Assembly (NCBI GenBank): GCA_017503375.1
Contig: JAFVTF010000008.1
Span: 64-64,063, forward strand
Origin: Lentisphaeria bacterium
GTDB lineage: Bacteria; Verrucomicrobiota; Lentisphaeria; Victivallales; UBA1829
Direction: 5' to 3'
Length of the DNA stretch: 64,000 bases
The first letter of the stretch is position 1. Each line of letters starts with the position of its first letter. The notes under the pieces are model-generated. The model ran no database searches and was not told the DNA's origin. It saw nothing but the letters and a program-made list of their open reading frames with translations. Below are positions 1 through 8,693 of this stretch, one piece after another. The position numbers and the translations under genes were made by a program.

Positions 1-123
1 AAAATGCCTCCGTACACTCAGTACACTCCGTTTTCTCCGTACGAAAATGTGCTTTCAAATTTCAGGTTTTGCAACAGTCCCTTTTTCCCCTCCTCAAGTA
101 ACAACCTTTATTGGGAACAGAGC
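1..123. repeat. Partial, degenerate copy (D) of the intergenic hairpin-repeat family, ending in TTATTGGGAACAGAGC
   Basis: The last ~45 nt (ccctttttcccctcctcaagtaacaacctttattgggaacagagc) align with the right end of the copy at 59951-59999 and with the reverse complement of 41353-41400. The left part is diverged or cut by the window edge. Confidence 0.45.
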
Positions 124-185
124 TTTCCGTAAAAATATCCTGGATATTTTTTTCTTTCAATGACGAAATAATAAAGCCAAACAGC

Positions 186-213
186 TTGAAAAAACTGGCG
201 TTTAGGTTATATT
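186..213 (+). promoter_or_regulatory. Sigma70-like promoter candidate for the TM2-domain gene
   Basis: TTGAAA (186-191), a 16-nt spacer, then TATATT (208-213), about 47 nt upstream of ATG 260. An AAAGGA RBS precedes the ATG. Confidence 0.4.
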
Positions 214-259
214 AAGCTGACGATTTATCAACAGAAATTTTTAATGAAAGGAATAAAAA

Positions 260-580
260 ATGAATTGTCCAAATTGCAATAATCCGATTACTCCGGAAGT
301 CTCTTACTGTCCCAAATGCGGACGTGCTTTTCAGAATCCGTCTTCTGAAAATATTTTACTTCAGAAAAACCGGTTGGTATATATTCTGCTTGGAATTTTT
401 CTGGGCTGCTGGGGAGTTCATAATTTTTATGCAGGATACATAAAGCGCGCAGTGATTCAGCTGCTGCTTTCTGTTCTCCTGTGCTGGACTTTTATTGTAC
501 CTGCGATTGTTTTTATCTGGGTCATTATTGATATCTGTACAGTTGACAGGGATGCAAACGGCAACATTATGGTGATGTAA
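260..580 (+). CDS. Zinc-ribbon / TM2-domain membrane protein
   Basis: N-terminal CPNC...CPKC zinc ribbon. Two hydrophobic helices follow, with a TM2-like motif GIFLGCWGVHNFYAGY. ATG start with RBS. Confidence 0.75.
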   Translation: MNCPNCNNPITPEVSYCPKCGRAFQNPSSENILLQKNRLVYILLGIFLGCWGVHNFYAGYIKRAVIQLLLSVLLCWTFIVPAIVFIWVIIDICTVDRDANGNIMVM

Positions 581-688
581 AACAGAAGGGTCTGTTGCAA
601 AATCTTAGTGTTTTTTGGAAGAGCTGTTTTGTACGGAGTGAACAGAAACATGCCGGGGGAAGTGCCGGCTGATTTCTCAAAAGAAATA

Positions 689-1116
689 GCTCTGTTCCAT
701 ATATAGGTTGAAAAATCCTTCTGCTAAATTCAGAGGTAATTTCAAAAGTCTTCAAAAGTGTCTGAAAATTCTTGACTTGATCTAAAAATGGAGTATTTTC
801 GGCTTGTCCTCCGGAGTTTTAACGAAGGAGGATGGAAAGCCACGCTCAAACTACCGTTTTCCATCTCATCAGCAATCTCTTTTCAATCAAAATTTGCCTG
901 ACTAAAAAAATTACCTCTTTAAGGTGTTTTTTGATTTTTGTGTGACAAAAATCGGAATGCCGCAACAAGGTTTCTAAAAAGATGTTGGGATTCGGGACAG
1001 AAAGGAAAATTTTTCCTTGTATATTATCTCCCCCCGTTATCAAATGGCAGCAGCTTCCTTAAAAGTTTTTTTCCCTTCTTCCCCGATCACAAATCAACTT
1101 TTATGAGAAACAGAAC
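689..1116. repeat. Long copy (A) of the hairpin-repeat family, carrying a nested ~190-bp insertion
   Basis: The left end gctctgttccatatataggttg...ttctgct and the right part ttgatttttgtgtgacaaaaatcggaatgccgc...tttttcccttcttccccgatcacaaatcaac...gagaaacagaac are collinear with copy C (59799-59999). It fills the convergent gap between the TM2 gene and the ABC-F gene. Confidence 0.7.
732..918. repeat. Nested module bounded by inverted repeats AGAGGTAATTT / AAATTACCTCT inside copy A
   Basis: Its first ~45 nt (agaggtaatttcaaaagtcttcaaaagtgtctgaaaattcttgac) recur at 19884-19928 with a few mismatches. Inside are TTGACT-N16-TATTTT and an 8-bp stem GATGGAAA...TTTCCATC. Confidence 0.55.
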
Positions 1117-1121
1117 TTTAT

Positions 1122-3068
1122 TTACTGTCCGATAGCTTCGTATTCTTCCAGAAGCTCGGCAAGAGCTGTGGATTCTTTATCCCAGGCCTCAGTATCAGCG
1201 GCGATATCCACATAAAGCTCGCTCAAACGGCGTTGTTTTGCGGAGAAATCCACAACTGCTCCGGGAGTTGCAAGTTCTTCTTCAATCTGTGCTTTTTCAG
1301 CTTCGGCTTCTTCCAGATGTTTTTCGATTTTTGCCACCAGGTTTTCCAAACGTTTTTTCTCTTTGGAGAGTTCATTGCGGCGGGCAGCGCGTTCCTTGCG
1401 CCGTTCCTTTTGATTCACAACCTCTTTGACTTCCTGTTTCTGAGGCTTTGCTTCTTCCAGTTCCCTGGCGGCAATGCGCTCCCGGTAATAATCATAATCC
1501 CCGCCGTAACGGGTCACATGATGTCCGCGCACCTCAAGGATCACATCTGCAGCACCGCGCAGAAATTCCACATCGTGACTGACCATGCAGACTGTTCCTT
1601 CGTAAGCTTTCAAGGACTGCTGAAGAGCTTCACGGGCTGCGATATCCAAGTGGGTCGTCGGTTCGTCAAGGACAAGGAAATTCGGCGGATTTACAAAGAT
1701 CCGGGCAAAGCAGAGACGGATTTTTTCGCCCCCGCTCAGAACTTTGCATTGTTTCCCGGAATCATCCCCGGAAAAACCGAACGCTCCAATCACGGAACGC
1801 ACCTGTTTTTCCGGCATACCTTCCACCGCTGCCTGTTTGACAACATCATAGACTGACATCTCCGGAGGCAGCAGTTCTGCGAATTCCTGAGCCTGATATC
1901 CGACAATCACTTTATGTCCGAGCCGCGCCTCCCCTTTGGATGGAGCAAACCGTCCGGCAAGAATCCGCAGGAGCGTAGTTTTTCCCGCACCATTATAACC
2001 GATAATTCCGACTTTTTCTCCGCGTTCAATCCGGAAATTCACATCGTCGAGAATCGTCCGGACTCCGTCATAAGAATGGGAGATATGATCTGCAGAAACC
2101 GTTTCCCGTCCGGAATGAGGCGGTGCCGGAATCCGGATGGTTCCCCGGAAATGAAGTTCATCCGGCACATCCACATCATCCATTTTATCCAGCATCTTGA
2201 TCCATGACTGCACCTGGGAGGCCTTGGAGGCTTTGTAACGGAAACGGTCAATATTCCGTTCCAGCTGTTCTTTTTTCCGTTCCATGTTTTCGGCTGCTGC
2301 AACAGCGTGTTTGCGCCGTTCTTCCCGTTCGCGGACATAGTAGGCATAATTTCCGGCATAACGGGTCGTTTTTGCACTGTCGACTTCAATCGTCACGTTT
2401 GTGAGTGAGTTCAACAGAAAACGGTCGTGAGAAATGAGCAGAAGAGTTCCTTCAAAGGCTTTCAATCTGCGCTGAAGCCACTCAACTGCGGGAATATCCA
2501 GATAGTTGGAGGGTTCGTCAAGCAGAAGAATATCCGGATTGGAAAGAATGACTCTTGCCATACATGCGCGCATCTGCCATCCTCCGCTGAAGCTTCCCAT
2601 TGCTTTGTTATGCGCCTCTTCTTCAAACCCGAGTCCTGCAAGTGCCGCTGCCGCTTTATGGCGGATCTCATAACCGCCCATGTGTTCAAAGGTCGTTTGC
2701 AGTTCGCCCAGCTCTTTCAAAACGGCATTGGAAGAATCACCGTCTGCCAGAAGCTCTTCCAGTTCCTGTATCCGATGGGAAATTTTATCCAGCTCTCCGG
2801 ATGCGGCTGAAACATAATCAATAAGACTCTGTTCTGCTTTGAAAAAATCCAATTGCTGATGAAGCAAACCGATTCGAGCTTTCTGCGGAATAACGATTTC
2901 GCCTTTATCCGCAGACATCTCTCCGCATACCAATGCAAACAGGGTACTTTTCCCGGAACCGTTCGGTCCTACGATACCGACACGTTCGCCCTTTTCCACG
3001 CGGAAGGATGCATCATTGAAAATATCGCGGGCACCAAAACTCTTTGTAACATTCTGAAAATCGATCAT
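1122..3068 (-). CDS. ABC-F family ATPase (soluble twin-cassette ABC protein, translation-factor class)
   Basis: Walker A GPNGSGKST and GYNGAGKTT. Signatures LSGGWQMR and LSGGEKIR. Walker B LLLDEP and LVLDEP. No TM domain. Lys/Glu-rich C-terminal coiled coil. Confidence 0.9.
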   Translation of the reverse strand: MIDFQNVTKSFGARDIFNDASFRVEKGERVGIVGPNGSGKSTLFALVCGEMSADKGEIVIPQKARIGLLHQQLDFFKAEQSLIDYVSAASGELDKISHRIQELEELLADGDSSNAVLKELGELQTTFEHMGGYEIRHKAAAALAGLGFEEEAHNKAMGSFSGGWQMRACMARVILSNPDILLLDEPSNYLDIPAVEWLQRRLKAFEGTLLLISHDRFLLNSLTNVTIEVDSAKTTRYAGNYAYYVREREERRKHAVAAAENMERKKEQLERNIDRFRYKASKASQVQSWIKMLDKMDDVDVPDELHFRGTIRIPAPPHSGRETVSADHISHSYDGVRTILDDVNFRIERGEKVGIIGYNGAGKTTLLRILAGRFAPSKGEARLGHKVIVGYQAQEFAELLPPEMSVYDVVKQAAVEGMPEKQVRSVIGAFGFSGDDSGKQCKVLSGGEKIRLCFARIFVNPPNFLVLDEPTTHLDIAAREALQQSLKAYEGTVCMVSHDVEFLRGAADVILEVRGHHVTRYGGDYDYYRERIAARELEEAKPQKQEVKEVVNQKERRKERAARRNELSKEKKRLENLVAKIEKHLEEAEAEKAQIEEELATPGAVVDFSAKQRRLSELYVDIAADTEAWDKESTALAELLEEYEAIGQ

Positions 3069-3075
3069 AGATGAT

Positions 3076-4566
3076 TTACTTTCCTGAATCCCGCGTCACT
3101 GTCGGGAATATATTGATCCGTTTGATTCCGTTGCGGGAAAGGACAATCCGGAATTTGACATAAGAATCGGAAAGACCTTTCATACCGTAACGGACAACGA
3201 TATTGACATGGTAAACCCGTTTTGCATCAATAGAGGTGATCCCCCCCTTGAAATCGGGAATAAAAAGTTTCTTGACCGGATTATCCATGTGCCGCAGGAA
3301 ACGGCTGAAATTGAACCGCATGATATCCACCAGACCTTCAGCTTGATATCCGCGAATCAAATCATGAAACGCCTGAGAATTCACAACAACCTGTTTCCGG
3401 GCAAGAATCACTTGTTCTCCAAAACAGCCATTCTCCAGATCAGAAAGATAAGCCTTATGCCGGATTTCCGTAACTTCACGGGGAACATCACTCTCTTTCA
3501 GAAAGTTGAAACTTTCCCGGCAGAATCCAACCTTTTCTCCGTTTTCCCCCAGGATTCTGGTCTTGTAATCATGGATAAAACGGTGCATCCTCCGTGAAAA
3601 ATAGAGCTTCAGCAATTCTTTGATCCTGTCCTTGCCCATGTATGCAACAACAAGAGTGATAAACAATACCAGAGAAATATCCTGTACGATATATTTCTGT
3701 GTGATAAAAGCCATGATCGTTGCAAAAGCCATTGCAATTCCGGCAGCAAAACTGAACAGAATATGTTCCAAAAGAACTCCGTCACGCCGGGTTTCTTTCC
3801 GCAAAAACAGAATACTCGCCATCGCTTTTTTCAAGGTTCCTTCCCGGTAAATCAGTTCTTCATTATCCCCATCCGGGTCCGGAATTGAGGGATAATTATG
3901 TGCTTTCCGGTATTCAATCTCCTGCTCTGCATGGGTTACAATACGCTTGCAGAATTCAGAAAACTGCTCTTTTTTCCGTATGGAATAATAGAGTTTGTAC
4001 AAATATTTATTGATGGCGATGCTGAGATATTCGTCGGCATGACGGAAAAGTTCCCGCACATCCTCCGGAATGGTCTGCACACAAAGTTTCGGATATAAAG
4101 CCCGATAATATTTCAAGATGGATTCTGTTTCATCAATAAATGATTGCACCAGAGAATCTGCGCCGGGATGTTCCAGAGAATTTTCAATCAGCATTTCCTG
4201 ATCCCGCATGGCACTCCGCATAATGGAACAGAATAATTTTAACCGTGCAGAATAAAGACTGACCGAATCCGGTTTCTTGGCTGTCATATCCGGAAAGGTC
4301 TGTTCCAGTTTTTCAAGGGGAGAACCGGGGCCGGTCATTCCGTTGATGGGAACAGAGGGCGTTTTCAGACGGATATATTCATGAAGGTCTGAGAAGAATT
4401 CTTCTTTCCTGTAAGTTTCACCGTTGATCCCCAGATTTGTGGGCAGAAAGAAATAAGTATCGACGCTGTATTCATTCACTTTGGAATCCGGTGCTGCCGG
4501 ATAAGTGAACTTCATCTCGACTTGATACTTGTCATGTAATTTGAATTGGTCTGCAAAATTTTTCAT
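3076..4566 (-). CDS. Hypothetical membrane protein (two central TM helices), family not recognised
   Basis: 496-aa ORF with ATG start, ending 7 nt upstream of the ABC-F start codon. Hydrophobic helices LEHILFSFAAGIAMAFATIMAFI and ISLVLFITLVVAYM. Confidence 0.6.
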   Translation of the reverse strand: MKNFADQFKLHDKYQVEMKFTYPAAPDSKVNEYSVDTYFFLPTNLGINGETYRKEEFFSDLHEYIRLKTPSVPINGMTGPGSPLEKLEQTFPDMTAKKPDSVSLYSARLKLFCSIMRSAMRDQEMLIENSLEHPGADSLVQSFIDETESILKYYRALYPKLCVQTIPEDVRELFRHADEYLSIAINKYLYKLYYSIRKKEQFSEFCKRIVTHAEQEIEYRKAHNYPSIPDPDGDNEELIYREGTLKKAMASILFLRKETRRDGVLLEHILFSFAAGIAMAFATIMAFITQKYIVQDISLVLFITLVVAYMGKDRIKELLKLYFSRRMHRFIHDYKTRILGENGEKVGFCRESFNFLKESDVPREVTEIRHKAYLSDLENGCFGEQVILARKQVVVNSQAFHDLIRGYQAEGLVDIMRFNFSRFLRHMDNPVKKLFIPDFKGGITSIDAKRVYHVNIVVRYGMKGLSDSYVKFRIVLSRNGIKRINIFPTVTRDSGK

Positions 4567-4657
4567 TTTCTCTCTGCGGCAGTGGGTGAAACTGACAGGA
4601 AAGAATTCCGGAGCGAAAAATCCTCCGGAATTCTCGGGATAAACCGGGTTGTCTCAA

Positions 4658-5365
4658 TCAGACATCCCAGTTATCACCTTTTTCCTCAAAGTATTTTGCA
4701 ACGTTGGGGATAATCGGCTTGATAAGCTTTTTGATGGCTCTTGCGTATTCACGGATCTCCCACTGGGCATGTTCGCTGTCACGCAATTCCAGGAAGTGCA
4801 GGAGGTTTGCGAGATCAACGGTTCCCCAGAAGGTGACCATCATGTTCTGCGGAAGAACACCGCGTGCCTGTTCACGGCAGACTCCGGCAGCAAGAAGATC
4901 TTCGTACAGCTTCAGAGATGTCTGATTGTGCTGTTCTACCAGCTTGCGGAGAGCTTCATCATCAAAGTTTTCATCCGCAACGGATGCCTGACGGTTGCTT
5001 TCCGCCTGTTTGCGGAGCTTTGGCGGAGTGTAGCACTCCATGTTGATCTCCGTATAACGGCGGGAAATTTCATTGTAAGACCAGGTGCGGTGACGGTGCC
5101 ACTGTCCGCGGACAAACAGGGGACAATGGATGCTGAAAGTGAAAACAATGTGTTCCAGCGGACTGGTATGTTTGTTTTCGATGAGATATTTCAGCAGAGT
5201 AACATCCCGTTCATCCATTTCTGTTTTGAGTTTCCCGAAAGAAACTCTGGCTGCGTTCACTGTTGTTGCTTCAGAACCGAGGTGGTCGATCAGACCGACC
5301 CAGCCCTGTCCGCCGAGAACTTTCACATGGTTGTCCGGCGGAACGTTCAGATTCATCATACTCAT
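4658..5365 (-). CDS. thyX: Flavin-dependent thymidylate synthase ThyX
   Basis: The ThyX signature RHRxxSxxxxSxR is present as RHRTWSYNEISRRY. The track start at 5386 is TTG. ATG at 5365 has an AGGAAG RBS 7 nt upstream. Confidence 0.85.
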   Translation of the reverse strand: MSMMNLNVPPDNHVKVLGGQGWVGLIDHLGSEATTVNAARVSFGKLKTEMDERDVTLLKYLIENKHTSPLEHIVFTFSIHCPLFVRGQWHRHRTWSYNEISRRYTEINMECYTPPKLRKQAESNRQASVADENFDDEALRKLVEQHNQTSLKLYEDLLAAGVCREQARGVLPQNMMVTFWGTVDLANLLHFLELRDSEHAQWEIREYARAIKKLIKPIIPNVAKYFEEKGDNWDV

Positions 5366-5394
5366 AGTTGCACTTCCTTTATTCAAAACAGGTT

Positions 5395-6579
5395 TCAGGC
5401 GAAACGGCGGCAGACTTTTTCAGCACCCAGCAGGAAATCATCCAGATAAAGAGCCAGAGGATCTTTATTGAAATCATCCACCAGTTTCTGTCCGGGAGTG
5501 TTCAATTCTGTTCCGGCAAGAATCGGCATGCCGATCTTTGCGGCAGCTTTCACAACTTCATCCAGTTTAGCAACCAGTTTTGCACTCTTTTCTGCATCGC
5601 CGACATTCCAGTTACGGTCCGGAATGATTGTGATGGCTTCAGCACCCTTGGATGCATGGAATTCCAGCAGCTTGACTGCATCAGCTTCGCCGCCGGACAT
5701 ACCGTTCAGCCATGCCAGACAGGGAATACCGCCGCAAGCCTTGGTGAAGGCATTCATATCTTCCAGAGAGGGGAAACTGGAGGCATCAGGTTTGATGTAT
5801 CCGGGACCGCCGCTCTTCATGAGAGAAGAACGGATATTTGCTTCGAGGGCAACATCGGATGCAGCGGCTTTTGCAGCTTTTGCATCATCCATCTTCAGAG
5901 CTTTTGTCCAGTATGCCATGGCTTTTTCTTTGGAACCGAACACTTCATTCCCCTTCAGCAGATAAGCATGGCAGAGATGACGTTCGGTGGGATTTCCGGC
6001 AGGGGTCAGAGCAACGAGATCTTTTTCGTAATCCACAGCCACTTCGGGAACTGCTGCGTTGACCCGTTCCATAACGGTGCGGGTTCTCACGCGGGAACGT
6101 TCCCGGAGATCTTTGGCAAACTGTTCTGCACAGGCAGGAACTTTGCCGGACTGGAAACCGACGCCCAGGTGATAAGCGATTCCGGGTTCGCCGGGGGAGT
6201 TGATCTCAACATCCGCCATTTCGGGAATGTAAACACGGGTTTCCATTCCGCAAACGCCCTGAACGCCGAGGAGTTTGCAGGCATAACGGAATTCATCCAC
6301 ACCGTCCAGAACATCAAAGTCAACCATTCCGGTGTAACGGAATCCCAGCAGCTTGGATGCCAGAGCATAGTGTGTGGGAGACCAGCCGAGACAGTTGAAT
6401 GAGAAGAAGGTGTGACCGTGCATATTGTGTTTGGTGGGGCTGTCGGGGAAAGCACAGCCCAGCTGAACCATATATTTGCCCAATGCTTCAAAACGGGTTG
6501 CGAGATCAAAAGAATCCAAACCCGCAGGTTCATTGGTGGTCAGAAGTGTATTGATAATTGCCTGAGTCTTTTCGTCCAT
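5395..6579 (-). CDS. Hypothetical protein, possibly a PHP/amidohydrolase-like metal hydrolase
   Basis: 394-aa ORF with ATG start. Weak PHP-like elements (HGHTFFS, MVDFD, GMETRV, AGTELN). Lies between the aldolase/SDR gene and thyX with 23-nt and 29-nt gaps. Confidence 0.5.
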   Translation of the reverse strand: MDEKTQAIINTLLTTNEPAGLDSFDLATRFEALGKYMVQLGCAFPDSPTKHNMHGHTFFSFNCLGWSPTHYALASKLLGFRYTGMVDFDVLDGVDEFRYACKLLGVQGVCGMETRVYIPEMADVEINSPGEPGIAYHLGVGFQSGKVPACAEQFAKDLRERSRVRTRTVMERVNAAVPEVAVDYEKDLVALTPAGNPTERHLCHAYLLKGNEVFGSKEKAMAYWTKALKMDDAKAAKAAASDVALEANIRSSLMKSGGPGYIKPDASSFPSLEDMNAFTKACGGIPCLAWLNGMSGGEADAVKLLEFHASKGAEAITIIPDRNWNVGDAEKSAKLVAKLDEVVKAAAKIGMPILAGTELNTPGQKLVDDFNKDPLALYLDDFLLGAEKVCRRFA

Positions 6580-6602
6580 GATTTTTACTCCTTCGTTTTC
6601 GA

Positions 6603-8486
6603 TCAGCTCAACATAACCTGTCCGCCGGTGACAGGGATTGCTTGTCCGGTTTCAAACTGCTGATTAACGCAGTAGATGATTGCCTTTGCCACATCAGCGG
6701 GGAAACATCCGCGCTGGATGGGGGACTTGGAAAGATAGAATGCCTTCACATCTGCAATGGTCTTGGCACCGGGAACTTTGCCTGCATCAAGATACTGCTT
6801 GAAGAGACCGCGTTCCGGATCGGACCACAGCGGACCGTCGTAGAAGTTTCCGGGGCAGACACTGTTGACTTTGATGTTGTTTGCAACCAGTTCCAGTGCA
6901 AAGCTCTGAGTCATACCGATGGTACCGAACTTACCTGCTGCATAAGCTGCATTCTTGTTGGAACCGACAAGTCCGCTCTTGCTGTTCACCTGAACAAAGT
7001 CTGTCCAGATTCCGGATGCCTTGTTCTGAATTGCCATCATCGGTGTGAAATGTTTGACACAAAGGAAATATCCGGTGTAGTTGACTGCGGTAACAAAATC
7101 CCATGCTTTCTTTTCAAAGGTGGGTGTGGGACCAGCCTTCAGAACACCTGCATTGGAAACAAAGAGGTCAAGTCCGCCGACTTCGCGGATGACTTCATCA
7201 GCCATTGCTGCAACAGAATCTTCGCTGGAGACGTCAACAGAAACAGCAGAAGCATTTTTGCCGAACTTGGCAGCTGCAGCTTTTGCACCTTCCAGGTTCA
7301 AATCAGCGATCACAACGTGAGCACCGGCTTTCACCAGTTCTTCTGCGATACCGAAACCAAATCCCTGAGCACCGCCTGTGACCAGAGCGATCTTTCCGCA
7401 GAGAACGCCTGCAGAATCCATCTGTTTTCTGCGTTTGGCTTCTGCACCCCAGTTTTCAATGAAGATCCGCATGGGATCGGGCATAACGGCTGCACCGCCG
7501 AATGCTTTTGCAAGACCGTTGATGGCTGCGGCGTCTGCCAGAAGAGCTTTTGCTGCGCGCATCACAGGAACATTTTTACCGACTGCAAACATTGCTTTGC
7601 CGGGAACGATGACTGCTTTGGGATAGAATCCGTATTTTGCACGGTAAGCTTCCACAACGTCTTTGTTGATCACATCTGTGACGAGGGGATAGGAACCGGC
7701 ATAAACAAGATGGTCGGGGGTAAACGGACCGTCAGCCATATCATAAAGATTCATTGCACCGACAGCTGCGGGGACGCCGTCAACAGCACAGAGACCGCGG
7801 AGCAGAGGAGCGTTTTCGCGGATGAAATCAGCATCGGGAGCGGTTCCTGCGGGAACTTCAGCGCCTTTTGCCTTGCAGTAATCAGCAAGTTTCTGCTTCA
7901 TGGATTCATAAATTGCTTCGATTTCAGCCACATCTTCACCGGCAACAAAGACACCGTGATTCTGCATGAACATCACCTGCGGCTGTTTACCGTATTTTGC
8001 CGCATACTGTTCAAATGCTTTCACAGATTCAAGAGCAAGAGTCAAACCGGGGTTGACCGGACCGAGCCAGAGAGCTTCGGGGAACAGTTCAGCACAGATG
8101 GCTTCACCATTCTTGCCGCAGGACATGGCATTGACAAGTGTGGGATGAAGGTGAACGACATAAGAAGCATCGAACAATGCATGGAGAATGGCTTCCACAG
8201 AGGGAGTTTTTCCGCTGTTGTCGATCACGGAGAAAACAGCATAACGGTTAACGAGATCTTCTTTAAGTGCTTCAGGTGCGCTGGCGCAATCGGTAAGGGA
8301 GCGTTTCAGCAGAGCGATATCCATCTGCACGAAATCTTCCGGCTGCATGTCTGCAAGCATTTTTCCACTGGGTTTGACATAAAGGATTCCGTCCTTTTTC
8401 CAGGAGGTGTTTCCGCCGCCTGCGAGAACGTATTCCGGGTTTGCTCCCATCTTCCGGGAGATCTCTGCGATTTTTTCCAATGACAT
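6603..8486 (-). CDS. Bifunctional class II aldolase / short-chain dehydrogenase (rhamnulose-1-phosphate aldolase/alcohol dehydrogenase-type architecture)
   Basis: N-terminal aldolase/adducin-like domain (GGGNTSWK). C-terminal SDR with TGGAQGFGFG Rossmann motif and YAAGK (YxxxK). The track start at 8516 is TTG. ATG at 8486 follows GGAGT by 7 nt. Confidence 0.85.
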   Translation of the reverse strand: MSLEKIAEISRKMGANPEYVLAGGGNTSWKKDGILYVKPSGKMLADMQPEDFVQMDIALLKRSLTDCASAPEALKEDLVNRYAVFSVIDNSGKTPSVEAILHALFDASYVVHLHPTLVNAMSCGKNGEAICAELFPEALWLGPVNPGLTLALESVKAFEQYAAKYGKQPQVMFMQNHGVFVAGEDVAEIEAIYESMKQKLADYCKAKGAEVPAGTAPDADFIRENAPLLRGLCAVDGVPAAVGAMNLYDMADGPFTPDHLVYAGSYPLVTDVINKDVVEAYRAKYGFYPKAVIVPGKAMFAVGKNVPVMRAAKALLADAAAINGLAKAFGGAAVMPDPMRIFIENWGAEAKRRKQMDSAGVLCGKIALVTGGAQGFGFGIAEELVKAGAHVVIADLNLEGAKAAAAKFGKNASAVSVDVSSEDSVAAMADEVIREVGGLDLFVSNAGVLKAGPTPTFEKKAWDFVTAVNYTGYFLCVKHFTPMMAIQNKASGIWTDFVQVNSKSGLVGSNKNAAYAAGKFGTIGMTQSFALELVANNIKVNSVCPGNFYDGPLWSDPERGLFKQYLDAGKVPGAKTIADVKAFYLSKSPIQRGCFPADVAKAIIYCVNQQFETGQAIPVTGGQVMLS

Positions 8487-8620
8487 TTCCTGAACTCCTT
8501 CCTTGAAATTTTTCAATCCATGTCTGATTGTTGAATAAATATCATCGGGTAAAATAGCATAAAAATGGACTTTTTACAAGTTGAATTGGAAATAAAACAG
8601 GCTTTATTTTATCATTTTCC

Positions 8621-8664
8621 GGGAAAATAAAAAGATCCCGGACTCTCTCAGTGGAAAATCCGGA
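8621..8664 (-). terminator. Weak intrinsic terminator candidate after the giant-paralogue operon
   Basis: On the minus strand a short CCGGA stem with a 16-nt loop is followed by TCTTTTTATTTT. It lies 30 nt after the stop codon at 8694. Confidence 0.3.
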
Positions 8665-8693
8665 ATCTTTCTATGAACATTCTACACTAAAAT

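Noticed and set aside
828-941. 37-codon ORF (MESHAQTTVFHLISNLFSIKICLTKKITSLRCFLIFV) inside the nested repeat module, preceded by AAGGAGG
   Set aside because: The Shine-Dalgarno-like sequence abuts the ATG with no spacer. The sequence lies in repetitive DNA and there is no supporting conservation.
6642-8483. 613-aa plus-strand ORF opposite the aldolase/SDR gene
   Set aside because: Codon-aligned antisense shadow. The sense strand carries clear SDR (TGGAQGFG, YAAGK) and aldolase motifs, and the antisense product has none.
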